The notes under the pieces: model-generated
Databases searched by the model: none
What the model saw: only the letters and a program-made list of their open reading frames with translations
Told to the model about the DNA's origin: nothing
Assembly (NCBI GenBank): GCA_964412555.1
Contig: CAYPPG010000005.1
Span: 129,819-193,818, forward strand
Reading direction: 5' to 3'
From: an uncultured bacterium
Lineage (GTDB): Bacteria; Hinthialibacterota; Hinthialibacteria; Hinthialibacterales; Hinthialibacteraceae
Length of the DNA stretch: 64,000 nucleotides
Part shown: piece by piece, positions 38,192-47,034 of the stretch
Layout of the letters: each line of letters begins with the position of its first letter
How positions within the stretch are numbered: the stretch's first letter is position 1
Position numbers and translations under genes: made by a program

Positions 38192-38373
38192 AGTGGGTAG
38201 CAAGGGTAAGCGAAGTCTACCCTTGCAGGATAGAGATTAACCACCAGGGCAGACTGTCGCATTGCCCTGGTTACCCATTGTTCGAGTGGGTAGCAAGGGG
38301 AAACGAAGTCTACCCTTGCAGGTTTGTGCGCTATTCCGCCAGGGCAGACTGACGCATTGCCCTGGTTACCCAT
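38192..38373. repeat. Two tandem REPIN-like units (87 and 89 nt, period 93)
   Basis: Each unit is a 38-nt module A (GCAAGGGTA-N9-TACCCTTGC hairpin), a 14- or 16-nt unrelated spacer, then a 35-nt module B (CCAGGGCA-N11-TGCCCTGG hairpin). Modules differ at 1-2 positions between the two units. Module B is an inverted, ~75% identical relative of module A. Confidence 0.75.
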
Positions 38374-38379
38374 AGATTT

Positions 38380-41166
38380 TTAGTACTCTTTTGTACCAAT
38401 CCGTATGTTAAGCTCATCCATCTGTTCCTTAAATTTATTATACATTTGAATTCTTTCCTGATGGCGCTTCAAGATTTGATCGCGATCTTGCACATTGGCT
38501 AATATGTACGGCGTAATGAATGCGATCAATTCCGTATTGGAACGTTTTTTCGATCTTGTTTTAAAGAGATTGCCTACAAGAGGAATATGCATCAATCCTG
38601 GAATGCCGGATTCCGACTCGATGAGACTTGTATCGAGAACACCCGAAAGCACGGCAGTTTCGTTGTTCTCGATCGTCAATTCCGTTTGGATGGTCCGGCG
38701 GCTGAATGCCGGAATGGAAATCCCTTGTGTTTCCAATCCCAAGGATTCTAAGACTTGGCCGTTTTCCAAATCGACATCGATTGTCACTGTCGTCGCGTCG
38801 TTGATGTGGGGAGTTACATTTAATTTTAAGCCAACCTCTTCATAATCCGCCTGTTGCTGTGCGCCGGCATTGGTTAAGTTGACCGCTGTGACAACGGGAA
38901 CGCGGGTGACGACTTCGACAAATGCCCCTTGGTTGTCACGCGTCAAGATATTCGGCCGTGCCACCACATTGGTTTTGCTGTCCGATGCCAGTAGGTCGAG
39001 AACGGCGTTGAATTTGGCGCTGCTGATTACAGCCGCCCGATCCAGGTTGACACCGGACATCGGTGCGTCCAAGGTGGCTTCCGCGTTAATCGGAATGGTA
39101 TCGGGCCAATCGATGCCCAGTTGATTGTTTTTCACATCGATAATTTCAACGATCAAGATTTCAATCAAGACTTGAGAAATTTCACGGTCAAGATCGCTGA
39201 TCAATTTTTGAATCGGCTCGAAATACTGAGCGCTGGTGGTGACCATGAGGGAATTGGTACGTGTTTCCGAAACGATGCGAACCTGGCCGATGAGATTGCT
39301 GATTTGGTCATCCTGCATGGAAGAGCGGTTCATGAACCAATAAAATCCTCGGTTTCCGGAACGGGAGGTATCCTCTTCAAAAAGGGCATTCAGCTGCTCC
39401 GCGAGATATTCCGCATCGGCGTTTTTTAAATGAAACACTTGCGTTGTACTGAATTCCTCCGGAGCAACTTTGTCCAGTTGTTGAACCAATTTCTCTACGA
39501 CATCGAAGGCACGCGGCATACCGGCTATGACAATCAATGAATTGGTTGTTTGATCGGCAAGCGCCTTCACTTTTCCGGTCAATCCGGTCATTCCTTGATC
39601 CTGTTGAAATGGATTGTAGTAAAACCCACCCCCTCGGCCTTGAGTTTCGGAAAAAATTTCATTGACAATATTTGCGATATCGGTCGCTCGCACGTGTTCG
39701 ATCGGATACACGCGGGGTTCCTCTTTCGACATGGGTAAAGGCTTGTCTAATTCATCGATCAAATCTTCGACCATCGGGATAGCCGCCGGTTTGGCGGTTA
39801 CGATGATGGCGTTCATGCGCTGGTCTTCGATGATCTTGATTTCATCCTGCTGATCGCGCCCCCGCCCATAGCCGTACCAGGATCGATAGCGGCTGGTGGA
39901 AGAATCTCCTTCCCCGATCAGTTGTTGCAACATAGAACTGATAATGATCGCGTCCGCATTTTCGAGTGGAAATACTTTTGTGATTTTTTCGTAACTTTTG
40001 CCCGTATCGAGGATTTCAACCAGTTTGGATACGGATTCGATATCTTCCGGATACGCATAGACGACAACACTATTGGTTCGCGCATCAGCGACTACCATCG
40101 GCCGATAGACGTTAGTTCGGACGGCTTCCGTCAATTCTTGCAAATTTTCGGAAATTTCGGTTGCATCCCCGTTTTTTAATGTGAACGTCTTCATTTCCAA
40201 CTTTTCAGAAGCGGCGACATCTAATTTTTCGATATATTTTTCCAATTCCTCGATAGCGTCTGCCGGTGCGGCGACAATCAGGGAGTTGGTGTACCGATCC
40301 GCCAAGACTTCACAACTGAAGGACGATTGGTTTCGGCGGTCGCGCATATCGCCGCCGGTAGTTTTTGAAAATATAAAATTTTCAAGCAGATCATCCAATC
40401 CTCTTGCAATTTCCCGGGCATCGCCGTACCGGAGAGTGAAGACGCGGATAGTCAATCCTTGGAGATTATCCTTTTTATCCAGTTCTTTGATGATGGATTC
40501 GATCCGTTTGATATTTGTGACCGTATCGGTAATGATAAATTTCTTCGTTCTGTCGTCCGCTACAACGATTGCATTTTCAGAAAGCAAAGAGGAAAGCGAT
40601 TCTTTCAGTTGAGAAGGCAATGTATTTTCTAATTGAATGATTTGTGTTTTTATTTGTGCGCTCAATCGATCCGATACAGGACCAGTTTCGACTTGTACAC
40701 CCGCTTGCTTGGCTTTGCTGATTGGCAAGCAGATAATCATCTGTTCGTAATTGAGGAAAGTGAATCCTTTGAGCATGAAAGCGGCTTCGATAAATTGAAG
40801 CGCTTCATCTTGAGTCACTTCCTTCGGGTTGATTAGAGTAAACTCCCCTGAGACTTCATCATCTTTGATCAACATTTTGTTTGTCATATCACTGACGAAT
40901 TTTAACACTTGATCGACGGGAGCATTGTTAAAATTTAATCGAAACAGTTCAGGGGCGCCCGGAGTGGCGGACTCAACCGGTTGGGCGGTTGTGCCGTTCG
41001 GCATAAATATCCTTCCACTGCGTAACATATTTTGAAAAGATTCAGCAAAAAAACTTCCAAGACTTTCTCCGGAAGTTTCGCTTTCTGCTGCCTGTACGCC
41101 GTGAGGAAGTGAAGAAAATATCATGAAGAGTGCTAAGGGAAAAACTATAATACTTCTACATCTCAT
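38380..41166 (-). CDS. gspD: Secretin (GspD/PilQ family), 928 aa
   Basis: C-terminal secretin domain (…VPVVTAVN…GLKLNVTPHIND…IPAFSRRTIQTELTIENNETAVLSGV…IPGLMHIPLVGNLFK) and several N-domain-like repeats. The start is set at ATG 41164-41166 (SD AGGAGA, signal peptide MRCRSIIVFPLALFMIFSSLPHGVQA). The track starts at GTG 41208. Confidence 0.9.
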   Translation of the reverse strand: MRCRSIIVFPLALFMIFSSLPHGVQAAESETSGESLGSFFAESFQNMLRSGRIFMPNGTTAQPVESATPGAPELFRLNFNNAPVDQVLKFVSDMTNKMLIKDDEVSGEFTLINPKEVTQDEALQFIEAAFMLKGFTFLNYEQMIICLPISKAKQAGVQVETGPVSDRLSAQIKTQIIQLENTLPSQLKESLSSLLSENAIVVADDRTKKFIITDTVTNIKRIESIIKELDKKDNLQGLTIRVFTLRYGDAREIARGLDDLLENFIFSKTTGGDMRDRRNQSSFSCEVLADRYTNSLIVAAPADAIEELEKYIEKLDVAASEKLEMKTFTLKNGDATEISENLQELTEAVRTNVYRPMVVADARTNSVVVYAYPEDIESVSKLVEILDTGKSYEKITKVFPLENADAIIISSMLQQLIGEGDSSTSRYRSWYGYGRGRDQQDEIKIIEDQRMNAIIVTAKPAAIPMVEDLIDELDKPLPMSKEEPRVYPIEHVRATDIANIVNEIFSETQGRGGGFYYNPFQQDQGMTGLTGKVKALADQTTNSLIVIAGMPRAFDVVEKLVQQLDKVAPEEFSTTQVFHLKNADAEYLAEQLNALFEEDTSRSGNRGFYWFMNRSSMQDDQISNLIGQVRIVSETRTNSLMVTTSAQYFEPIQKLISDLDREISQVLIEILIVEIIDVKNNQLGIDWPDTIPINAEATLDAPMSGVNLDRAAVISSAKFNAVLDLLASDSKTNVVARPNILTRDNQGAFVEVVTRVPVVTAVNLTNAGAQQQADYEEVGLKLNVTPHINDATTVTIDVDLENGQVLESLGLETQGISIPAFSRRTIQTELTIENNETAVLSGVLDTSLIESESGIPGLMHIPLVGNLFKTRSKKRSNTELIAFITPYILANVQDRDQILKRHQERIQMYNKFKEQMDELNIRIGTKEY

Positions 41167-41208
41167 TCTTTCTTTCTCCTGGTTCATAATTTTCAATCCA
41201 ATGGACAC

Positions 41209-41949
41209 TTATCGTCCCCGCCGAATCGGCCCGCCTCCCCCTTGGCGGACGCCAAAACGCTCCCGCGCTTGAGCGCGCAATCGTTCTCGTTGTTCCGGAC
41301 TTAAACTTTGGAAATACTGTCTGCGATCTTCAGGAGACATATTCCGGATTTTCGTGAAAACATCTCCTCCACTTTCATTATTCCTGACAGTTTCTCTTCG
41401 TTCGCTGTTGCTTGAGGGAGAGGATGTTCTGGAGGGGTTTCGGGAAGGCGAAGAGGATCTCCTGCCTCGGTTGGATTGAAAGCGCCGGCCGCCGCCTCCC
41501 CCTTTGCTTTGAAACATGCTGATCGTTCGTGGTTCGGTTTTGCCGTCTTCCAGAATTTGAACCGAAAATATGTCGATATGCTTGACAATTGCTTTTCCGA
41601 CCCGATCGCCTTCTTTGACATATTTTCCATCGATGATGGCGGTTTCCATAAAAATACCGGTCAGTTTATAAGGAATGGATTCCCGTTTGAAAATATTCCG
41701 TTCCGGTTTATTGTCTTCCTTCTTTTGTGTTCTTTTGTTTGAATCATCTTCTTCTGAAGAGGATTCTTTTTCAGATGGATGGGTTTGTTCTGTTTTCGCA
41801 ATGAGAGAATCGACTTTTTTGAGTTCAATATATGTCGATCCCCACGAATAAAGTTGGCTGAGTGCGAGTAGTAAAAGTACCAGCACGACCAATGGCTGCC
41901 AATACGCACGGGCAAGGGTTCCGATTTTTGTTTTGGATACGGCATTCAT
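41209..41949 (-). CDS. GspC/PilP-like inner-membrane-anchored protein with Arg/Ser/Gly-rich tail
   Basis: N-terminal TM segment. KLTGIFMETAIIDGKYVKEGDRVGKAIVKHIDIFSVQILEDGK resembles the GspC HR / PilP beta-domain. The C-terminal 95 aa are low-complexity. It overlaps the upstream gene by 4 nt. Confidence 0.5.
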   Translation of the reverse strand: MNAVSKTKIGTLARAYWQPLVVLVLLLLALSQLYSWGSTYIELKKVDSLIAKTEQTHPSEKESSSEEDDSNKRTQKKEDNKPERNIFKRESIPYKLTGIFMETAIIDGKYVKEGDRVGKAIVKHIDIFSVQILEDGKTEPRTISMFQSKGGGGGRRFQSNRGRRSSSPSRNPSRTSSPSSNSERRETVRNNESGGDVFTKIRNMSPEDRRQYFQSLSPEQRERLRAQARERFGVRQGGGGPIRRGR

Positions 41950-42527
41950 TGTTGAACTCCTGCTATGGTTTTCATGGGGGATTCTGTTTTGGATTTCGAA
42001 TCGAGGAGATATGTTCCTAAAACAAGTTGCACATCCAAATTGGAACTATTCTGATCTTTCAAATTGACTTTCATCGAGGTGGGTTGCATCAGGATATTCG
42101 CCTCTCGAATGCGATCCAAAAAAGTGATCAATTGTTCGAAACGGCATTCGACCGGTATTTTCATTTCCAAGGTTTCCAACGGACGTGTTCTTTTATTGAT
42201 GGAGGGATAATATCCCTTGACTTTTACATTGCTACGATTCGCGATCTCACCGATTTCGGAAATCAATTGGGATACATCTTTTTCACCGATAAATTCACCG
42301 GTCTCATTCCCGATTTTTTTCCGCAGGATCATATTCCGGTTTTTTTGCTTTTCCAGGTTGGCCATATCGGTAAATAGGCTTTCAAAATTACGGGCGGTTT
42401 CTTCCGAGACTGACGCATTGTCAATGCTGTTTGAAATCATGCTCCACACAATATATCCACCGCCGACAATCACGACGACGATCCATATTCTCAGTAAACG
42501 TTTATCTTTTTCCGATAAGGACGGCAT
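41946..42527 (-). CDS. GspM/PilO-like bitopic protein
   Basis: 193 aa. It has a short cytoplasmic N-terminus, one TM segment (LLRIWIVVVIVGGGYIVWSMI), a coiled segment and a ferredoxin-like tail. It is positioned after the GspL-like gene. Confidence 0.5.
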   Translation of the reverse strand: MPSLSEKDKRLLRIWIVVVIVGGGYIVWSMISNSIDNASVSEETARNFESLFTDMANLEKQKNRNMILRKKIGNETGEFIGEKDVSQLISEIGEIANRSNVKVKGYYPSINKRTRPLETLEMKIPVECRFEQLITFLDRIREANILMQPTSMKVNLKDQNSSNLDVQLVLGTYLLDSKSKTESPMKTIAGVQQ

Positions 42528-42545
42528 AATACAAACCTTTTTCGG

Positions 42546-44051
42546 CTAATTTCCCGGCTGAAGTTTTCCTGTCAAATAAATAGTGAATCCATCTTTTTCA
42601 TTGACGGCGCGTTCTTCGACGATTTCGCGGAAATATTGGCTTTCATTGAGTGTTTCAACAATTTCAGCCGTTGTGCGATAACTTCCGCCGACTAGGATCA
42701 AATCGACACCACTTTTGATGTCAAGGTTGATTGATTTAACGAGTATTTCTTTCGGAAGTTTTTCCGAGAGAAAAATGAATAAATCAGCGTAGTTGACATC
42801 CGTCCGGTTCATTTCCCGTAAACCGGCTTCTTCGCGCCGGAGTTGTTGGGCAATCGTGATCAGTTCTTTGCCTTCTTCCAACCGTACTGCTTTAGCGTGG
42901 CTATACCAGATTGTTCCTGCAAGCCATAAAAAGAGAGTGAAACCGGCTAAACCACCCGCGATAGCCATGAATTTTTTGGAAGGAATCGCCTCATTCGGCA
43001 CCATATTTCTCCAGGATGATGGTTCTTCTTTTTCATCCAGGAGATTGGGACCTCGAATCCCTAACTCGAGTTGGCAATAAGCCATACACAGCATCGGAAA
43101 ATAGGCTGGTTCCAGGGATAAACCATCCGTAAGCGTGAATTCCCCTTGAATATCTTTTATGCCGATCATTCGAGCCGATAAATTATTTTTCTCGGCAATA
43201 GACTGCAGTGTATTCCGTTCCCAATCTCCAAATCCGCAAAGGAGCATAGTATGAATCGAGCCGTGGGGAATTCGGTCGGAAGCGTAGGAAAGAGTTCGTT
43301 CGATTTCCAAGGTAAGGATTCGTTCGTGCATTGAAGCCGCATCTTTCCTCACCGATCCGGCCGAAAGAGAACGCTCGAGAGAAACCGATCGTGTCAAATA
43401 GATGGCGCGATGGGTTGCTAACGTAAGTGTTGCTCTATCACCCTCCAGGGAAATGATCAGACAAGGCTCTTCCAGCAGTGTTTCTTCTCGTGCTAAAACA
43501 AATTCGTAAATTGCCCAAAAATCGGGGGTGATTTGAGTCGGGATCAATATGTTTTCCGGCCATTCTTGAAGAAGAGAGTGGACATACTCTTTTCGAGTGG
43601 CGATCCAAAGAAGTTGCTTGGCCGTTTCATTACCGTGATGAGAGGAAATGATCATATCCCAAGCGACGTCTTCAATTGTCAATTGAAGCGCTTCGGATAC
43701 TTCGAATGAAACCAAATCCCTTATATTTTCTTCCTCGGCCGGCGGTGTTTCGAGAAAACGTGCGGTCAAACGATGACTGGGAGCGATGTAACTGACGTCA
43801 AACTCGGAAAACCAACCGAGATGCAATTGTTTGCGGATTTGAGTCACAGCATCCTGAAACGAGACTTGTACCTCAGGATGTGAACTGTCTCCACTTTCAG
43901 CGTCCGAAGAGAAAGAAACTGCGCCATTTCCGATTATGGATAATCGATTGTCTTCCCGTTTAACTTCCATCCAAAGAAGACAATCTGAGAGTCTTTGTAA
44001 ATACACTTGATGTGCCATTCGTTTATCTGCTCTCATCGAACCACTTTCCAA
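42546..44051 (-). CDS. GspL-like (fused PilM+PilN-type) assembly-platform protein
   Basis: A ~340-aa cytoplasmic domain, one TM segment (FMAIAGGLAGFTLFLWLAGTIWY) and a ~130-aa periplasmic domain. It overlaps gspK by 19 nt. An alternative ATG lies at 44018. Confidence 0.55.
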   Translation of the reverse strand: MESGSMRADKRMAHQVYLQRLSDCLLWMEVKREDNRLSIIGNGAVSFSSDAESGDSSHPEVQVSFQDAVTQIRKQLHLGWFSEFDVSYIAPSHRLTARFLETPPAEEENIRDLVSFEVSEALQLTIEDVAWDMIISSHHGNETAKQLLWIATRKEYVHSLLQEWPENILIPTQITPDFWAIYEFVLAREETLLEEPCLIISLEGDRATLTLATHRAIYLTRSVSLERSLSAGSVRKDAASMHERILTLEIERTLSYASDRIPHGSIHTMLLCGFGDWERNTLQSIAEKNNLSARMIGIKDIQGEFTLTDGLSLEPAYFPMLCMAYCQLELGIRGPNLLDEKEEPSSWRNMVPNEAIPSKKFMAIAGGLAGFTLFLWLAGTIWYSHAKAVRLEEGKELITIAQQLRREEAGLREMNRTDVNYADLFIFLSEKLPKEILVKSINLDIKSGVDLILVGGSYRTTAEIVETLNESQYFREIVEERAVNEKDGFTIYLTGKLQPGN

Positions 44052-45310
44052 TATCGTATTTCCGGTTTTTCAGTTCCGCGATCCAAAATCGCAAAGATTT
44101 CTTTGTATGCTTGTGTATCAGGCATGTACCCTACCGCTCGGATGGAGAATACCGAGGATTTCGTGCAAACCTGATTCGCAACTTGTTGAAATAAATCATT
44201 CGTCATCCCGTCCACATCGAGAAGCTCACCGATATTATCGAACGGCGCTTCGGAGGATTGCCGGTATTCGATTATGTTTTCGGCCAGCTCCACGTTGTTT
44301 GGCAATAGGCTTTGCAGGACGACTTTCGGAGCGGTATTGACATTGATACGCCCGCTCACTGTTTCCTCATTTGTAACTGTAATACGATCAATGATATCTT
44401 TTAATTTCTCTGCCGTGACCGTGTCTTCTAATAAGTCGCCGACTGACTCGAAATTGTTCTCATTGCGGGCGTTAATAATTGCGTTAATATCGGCATTTGT
44501 AAGAGTATCGCTAAATTGCTCATCCAGTTCATCACGGCTTGCACTGTTGACGTTGATCCGATTCTCTCCTTCGCCTGTCACATTTTTTTCATAGGAGTAA
44601 CAGGTGATATACGGATACCATCCTTTGTTCAACACACCGTCACTGTTATCGAGAGGTAAAGAGTTGGCTCCATCGTTTTCATTGGTGTCGAGGATTCCGT
44701 TTGTATTCGTATCTTCACCATACAGGATATCCACAGTCATTTCTTGTACCAATAGGAGTTCTTCGACCGAATCGAACGGTTTGTTTTTGGCGAGGTATGG
44801 CTCCGCCTGCGATTGGTAGTATTCGTCTTCCGCACCGAATTCACGGGGATCGGAATCTTCGTCCCGCCAGTCGAGAACCGAGTCGACGATTGTTTCATTG
44901 GCGTTGGGGAGTTGAAGGAGCATATCGCGAGTGGCGGTATTGATATTCAATTTGCTGCATTCATCGGTCAATCCATACGCAACAGTGTTTTCATTTTCCA
45001 AATTCGGATGGACTGCCCGGTATATTCCATTTCCCAAGGTGACTTCTCCAAAGAGTTGTTCATCGTCATACCACATTTCCTGTTGATGGTCCGACATCGT
45101 TTCCTGAGAATCTTGGACAAGTAAAGCGATCGCTCGTTGGATGCACGCTTCGGCCAGGAGTTCGGCTTGCACTGTCTCCTTCATGTTGCGGTTGATTTTT
45201 AACGACAATCGTGCCTGCCGGGTCAGAATCATCGTGATGCTGCCCATCAAAGCAACGATCCACAAAACCGCGATCAAGGCGGCGCCATGTTTTCTATAAT
45301 TGTGCATCAC
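44033..45310 (-). CDS. gspK: Type II secretion minor pseudopilin GspK
   Basis: HGAALIAVLWIVALMGSITMIL N-terminus lacking the conserved Glu5-type pilin motif. Three helix-hairpin-helix-like segments (LNINTATRDMLLQL, INVNSASRDEL, INVNTAPKVVLQSL). 425 aa. Confidence 0.8.
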   Translation of the reverse strand: MMHNYRKHGAALIAVLWIVALMGSITMILTRQARLSLKINRNMKETVQAELLAEACIQRAIALLVQDSQETMSDHQQEMWYDDEQLFGEVTLGNGIYRAVHPNLENENTVAYGLTDECSKLNINTATRDMLLQLPNANETIVDSVLDWRDEDSDPREFGAEDEYYQSQAEPYLAKNKPFDSVEELLLVQEMTVDILYGEDTNTNGILDTNENDGANSLPLDNSDGVLNKGWYPYITCYSYEKNVTGEGENRINVNSASRDELDEQFSDTLTNADINAIINARNENNFESVGDLLEDTVTAEKLKDIIDRITVTNEETVSGRINVNTAPKVVLQSLLPNNVELAENIIEYRQSSEAPFDNIGELLDVDGMTNDLFQQVANQVCTKSSVFSIRAVGYMPDTQAYKEIFAILDRGTEKPEIRYWKVVR

Positions 45311-45370
45311 TGTTTTCTAATTCTTTATTCATTCGAAATTGACTCAAGAGTCCGTTTTTCTGATTGCTAT

Positions 45371-46111
45371 TTATTGTGTTCCGGCCATTTCTTCTTCAAG
45401 AGCGGCGGTACCACCCATTGGACCGAGGCTGTCTTCCGGTGGTTCACGATACGTGGCAATGTAAAGAGTCGTTGAAAATTGTTCCACGTTTTCCAGAGTG
45501 GGCAATTCGCCGATATCCTCCGGATTGAACAGTCCGATCGTGACGTTGACGCATATCGGGATTTCTTGCACCGAATCCCATGTCGGCCACCACATTTCTC
45601 CATCGAAATATTGAAAATCGAGCAGGCAAACCTTCGGACCCAACAATGCGATTTCTCCACCGGAGAAAGGATCGGTATCCGGGGATGGATCGTAGCGGCG
45701 TAACAGCCAGCGCTCGGGGGTGTTTTCATCCATGTCAATGTAATATTGGATTTCCGTTAAATCGCTTGTTCCTGTTCCGGTTTCAACCGGATTATGGACG
45801 GTGCTGATGAACGTCAACGTATCCGCCGGGAGATCGCCGTTCATGGCATCGGTTCCGACGAAACGCGTCACCGCTTCATGAGGAGATAAGAATGTGGAAG
45901 CAAGGTCATACCGCATCCGTTCGAAGATCAAATGAGCCAAATCGGCCGAGACGGATCGTGAACCGTGTAGTTTATACGCTTGCAAAACAGTGGATAAGGA
46001 AATGAATCCGGCACCGAGCACCATGGTGGTGAGGGTGGCGGCGAGAAGTAATTCCACCAAAGTGAATCCCTGTTTTTGGGATTGTAATAATCTCCGATTT
46101 TTACGCTTCAA
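45371..46111 (-). CDS. gspJ: Minor pseudopilin, GspJ-like
   Basis: Prepilin motif QKQG-FTLVELLLAATLTTMVLG. Its size (246 aa) and its position between the I-like and K genes support the call. Confidence 0.65.
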   Translation of the reverse strand: MKRKNRRLLQSQKQGFTLVELLLAATLTTMVLGAGFISLSTVLQAYKLHGSRSVSADLAHLIFERMRYDLASTFLSPHEAVTRFVGTDAMNGDLPADTLTFISTVHNPVETGTGTSDLTEIQYYIDMDENTPERWLLRRYDPSPDTDPFSGGEIALLGPKVCLLDFQYFDGEMWWPTWDSVQEIPICVNVTIGLFNPEDIGELPTLENVEQFSTTLYIATYREPPEDSLGPMGGTAALEEEMAGTQ

Positions 46112-46502
46112 TTTCTTCTTCCTCGGTTACCGGGTAGTAATAATGATACGTGACATATTGCACTTGGTAATCCCGATTTCCACGTTTCCAATGAATTGCA
46201 AGATCGACTTGATAGAGGTTTTCCACATCGGTCATCAAGAAATTGGCATTCCAGGTAAATTCAGGGTGATTGGTAAACGTGCCTTCATTGATCAGAGTGG
46301 GATCAAGCATATCGGCGCGAAGCTGGGTACGCAATTCTCCCATTAAATTGGAGACAATCGAATAATCTTCCGACACTTTTGTCGCGATCATAGCGGCAGA
46401 AAAGGTCGTCAGAATACCGGTCACGGCCACGCCGAGAATCGTCATTGCCAATAATGCTTCTACAAGCGAAAAAGACTGTTGGTTTCGTAGAATTTTACAC
46501 AT
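46101..46502 (-). CDS. gspI: Minor pseudopilin, GspI-like
   Basis: Prepilin motif NQQS-FSLVEALLAMTILGVAV. 133 aa from ATG 46500-46502, which overlaps the gspH stop (ATGTGTAA). Confidence 0.65.
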   Translation of the reverse strand: MCKILRNQQSFSLVEALLAMTILGVAVTGILTTFSAAMIATKVSEDYSIVSNLMGELRTQLRADMLDPTLINEGTFTNHPEFTWNANFLMTDVENLYQVDLAIHWKRGNRDYQVQYVTYHYYYPVTEEEEIEA

Positions 46503-47028
46503 AAAAATTGTCGACTGCCTCCCCCCAAACAATCACTTGACCGACCAAGCCGACTATTCCAACAGTATTTACACGTTCGGACTGATCGATCAAATAGATG
46601 AAAGTATCCGAGGTCGTTCCGTTTGGATTGAATGTGATTTCGTTGGATTGTTGTGTGCCCGTGAGCGCTCTTTTCTCAATCCCTGAAATTTTGATTTGGT
46701 CACTGACTCCTTTGTTATATACGATTGGAAGGGGTTCCATTTCGAAGGTTCCTGCATTATTGAATGGATCGTTCTCCACGGTGAATTGAAGGTCGCCGGT
46801 ATCCAGATCAAAAATCAATTTCGTCGTCACACCACGCTGAATGGCTACACTGCGGGCGTAGCGAATTGTTCCGGCCAGACTATGGGCGGTTGAATTGAGA
46901 GACCGCCCCTCCAGCGCGAATCGGAGGTTGGGAGTAATGGCTCCAACCAGAATCCCCATAATGGTCACCACGAGGATCAATTCAACGAGAGTGAATCCTT
47001 TTTGTGTTTTAGTTGAATGTTGAGTCAT
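46495..47028 (-). CDS. gspH: Minor pseudopilin, GspH/FimT-like
   Basis: Prepilin motif TQKG-FTLVELILVVTIMGILVG and LAGTIRYARSVAIQRG, typical of the GspH/FimT family. 177 aa. Confidence 0.65.
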   Translation of the reverse strand: MTQHSTKTQKGFTLVELILVVTIMGILVGAITPNLRFALEGRSLNSTAHSLAGTIRYARSVAIQRGVTTKLIFDLDTGDLQFTVENDPFNNAGTFEMEPLPIVYNKGVSDQIKISGIEKRALTGTQQSNEITFNPNGTTSDTFIYLIDQSERVNTVGIVGLVGQVIVWGEAVDNFYV

Positions 47029-47034
47029 TTTGAT

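Noticed and set aside
38192-38373. Possible mini-CRISPR array: repeated modules separated by unique 14- and 16-nt spacers.
   Set aside because: There are only two units, and each unit is an inverted doublet of two related palindromes. The 'spacers' are far shorter than CRISPR spacers, related single copies are scattered elsewhere (33.8, 34.9, 37.1 and 49.3 kb), and no cas genes are present. This fits REP/REPIN elements instead.
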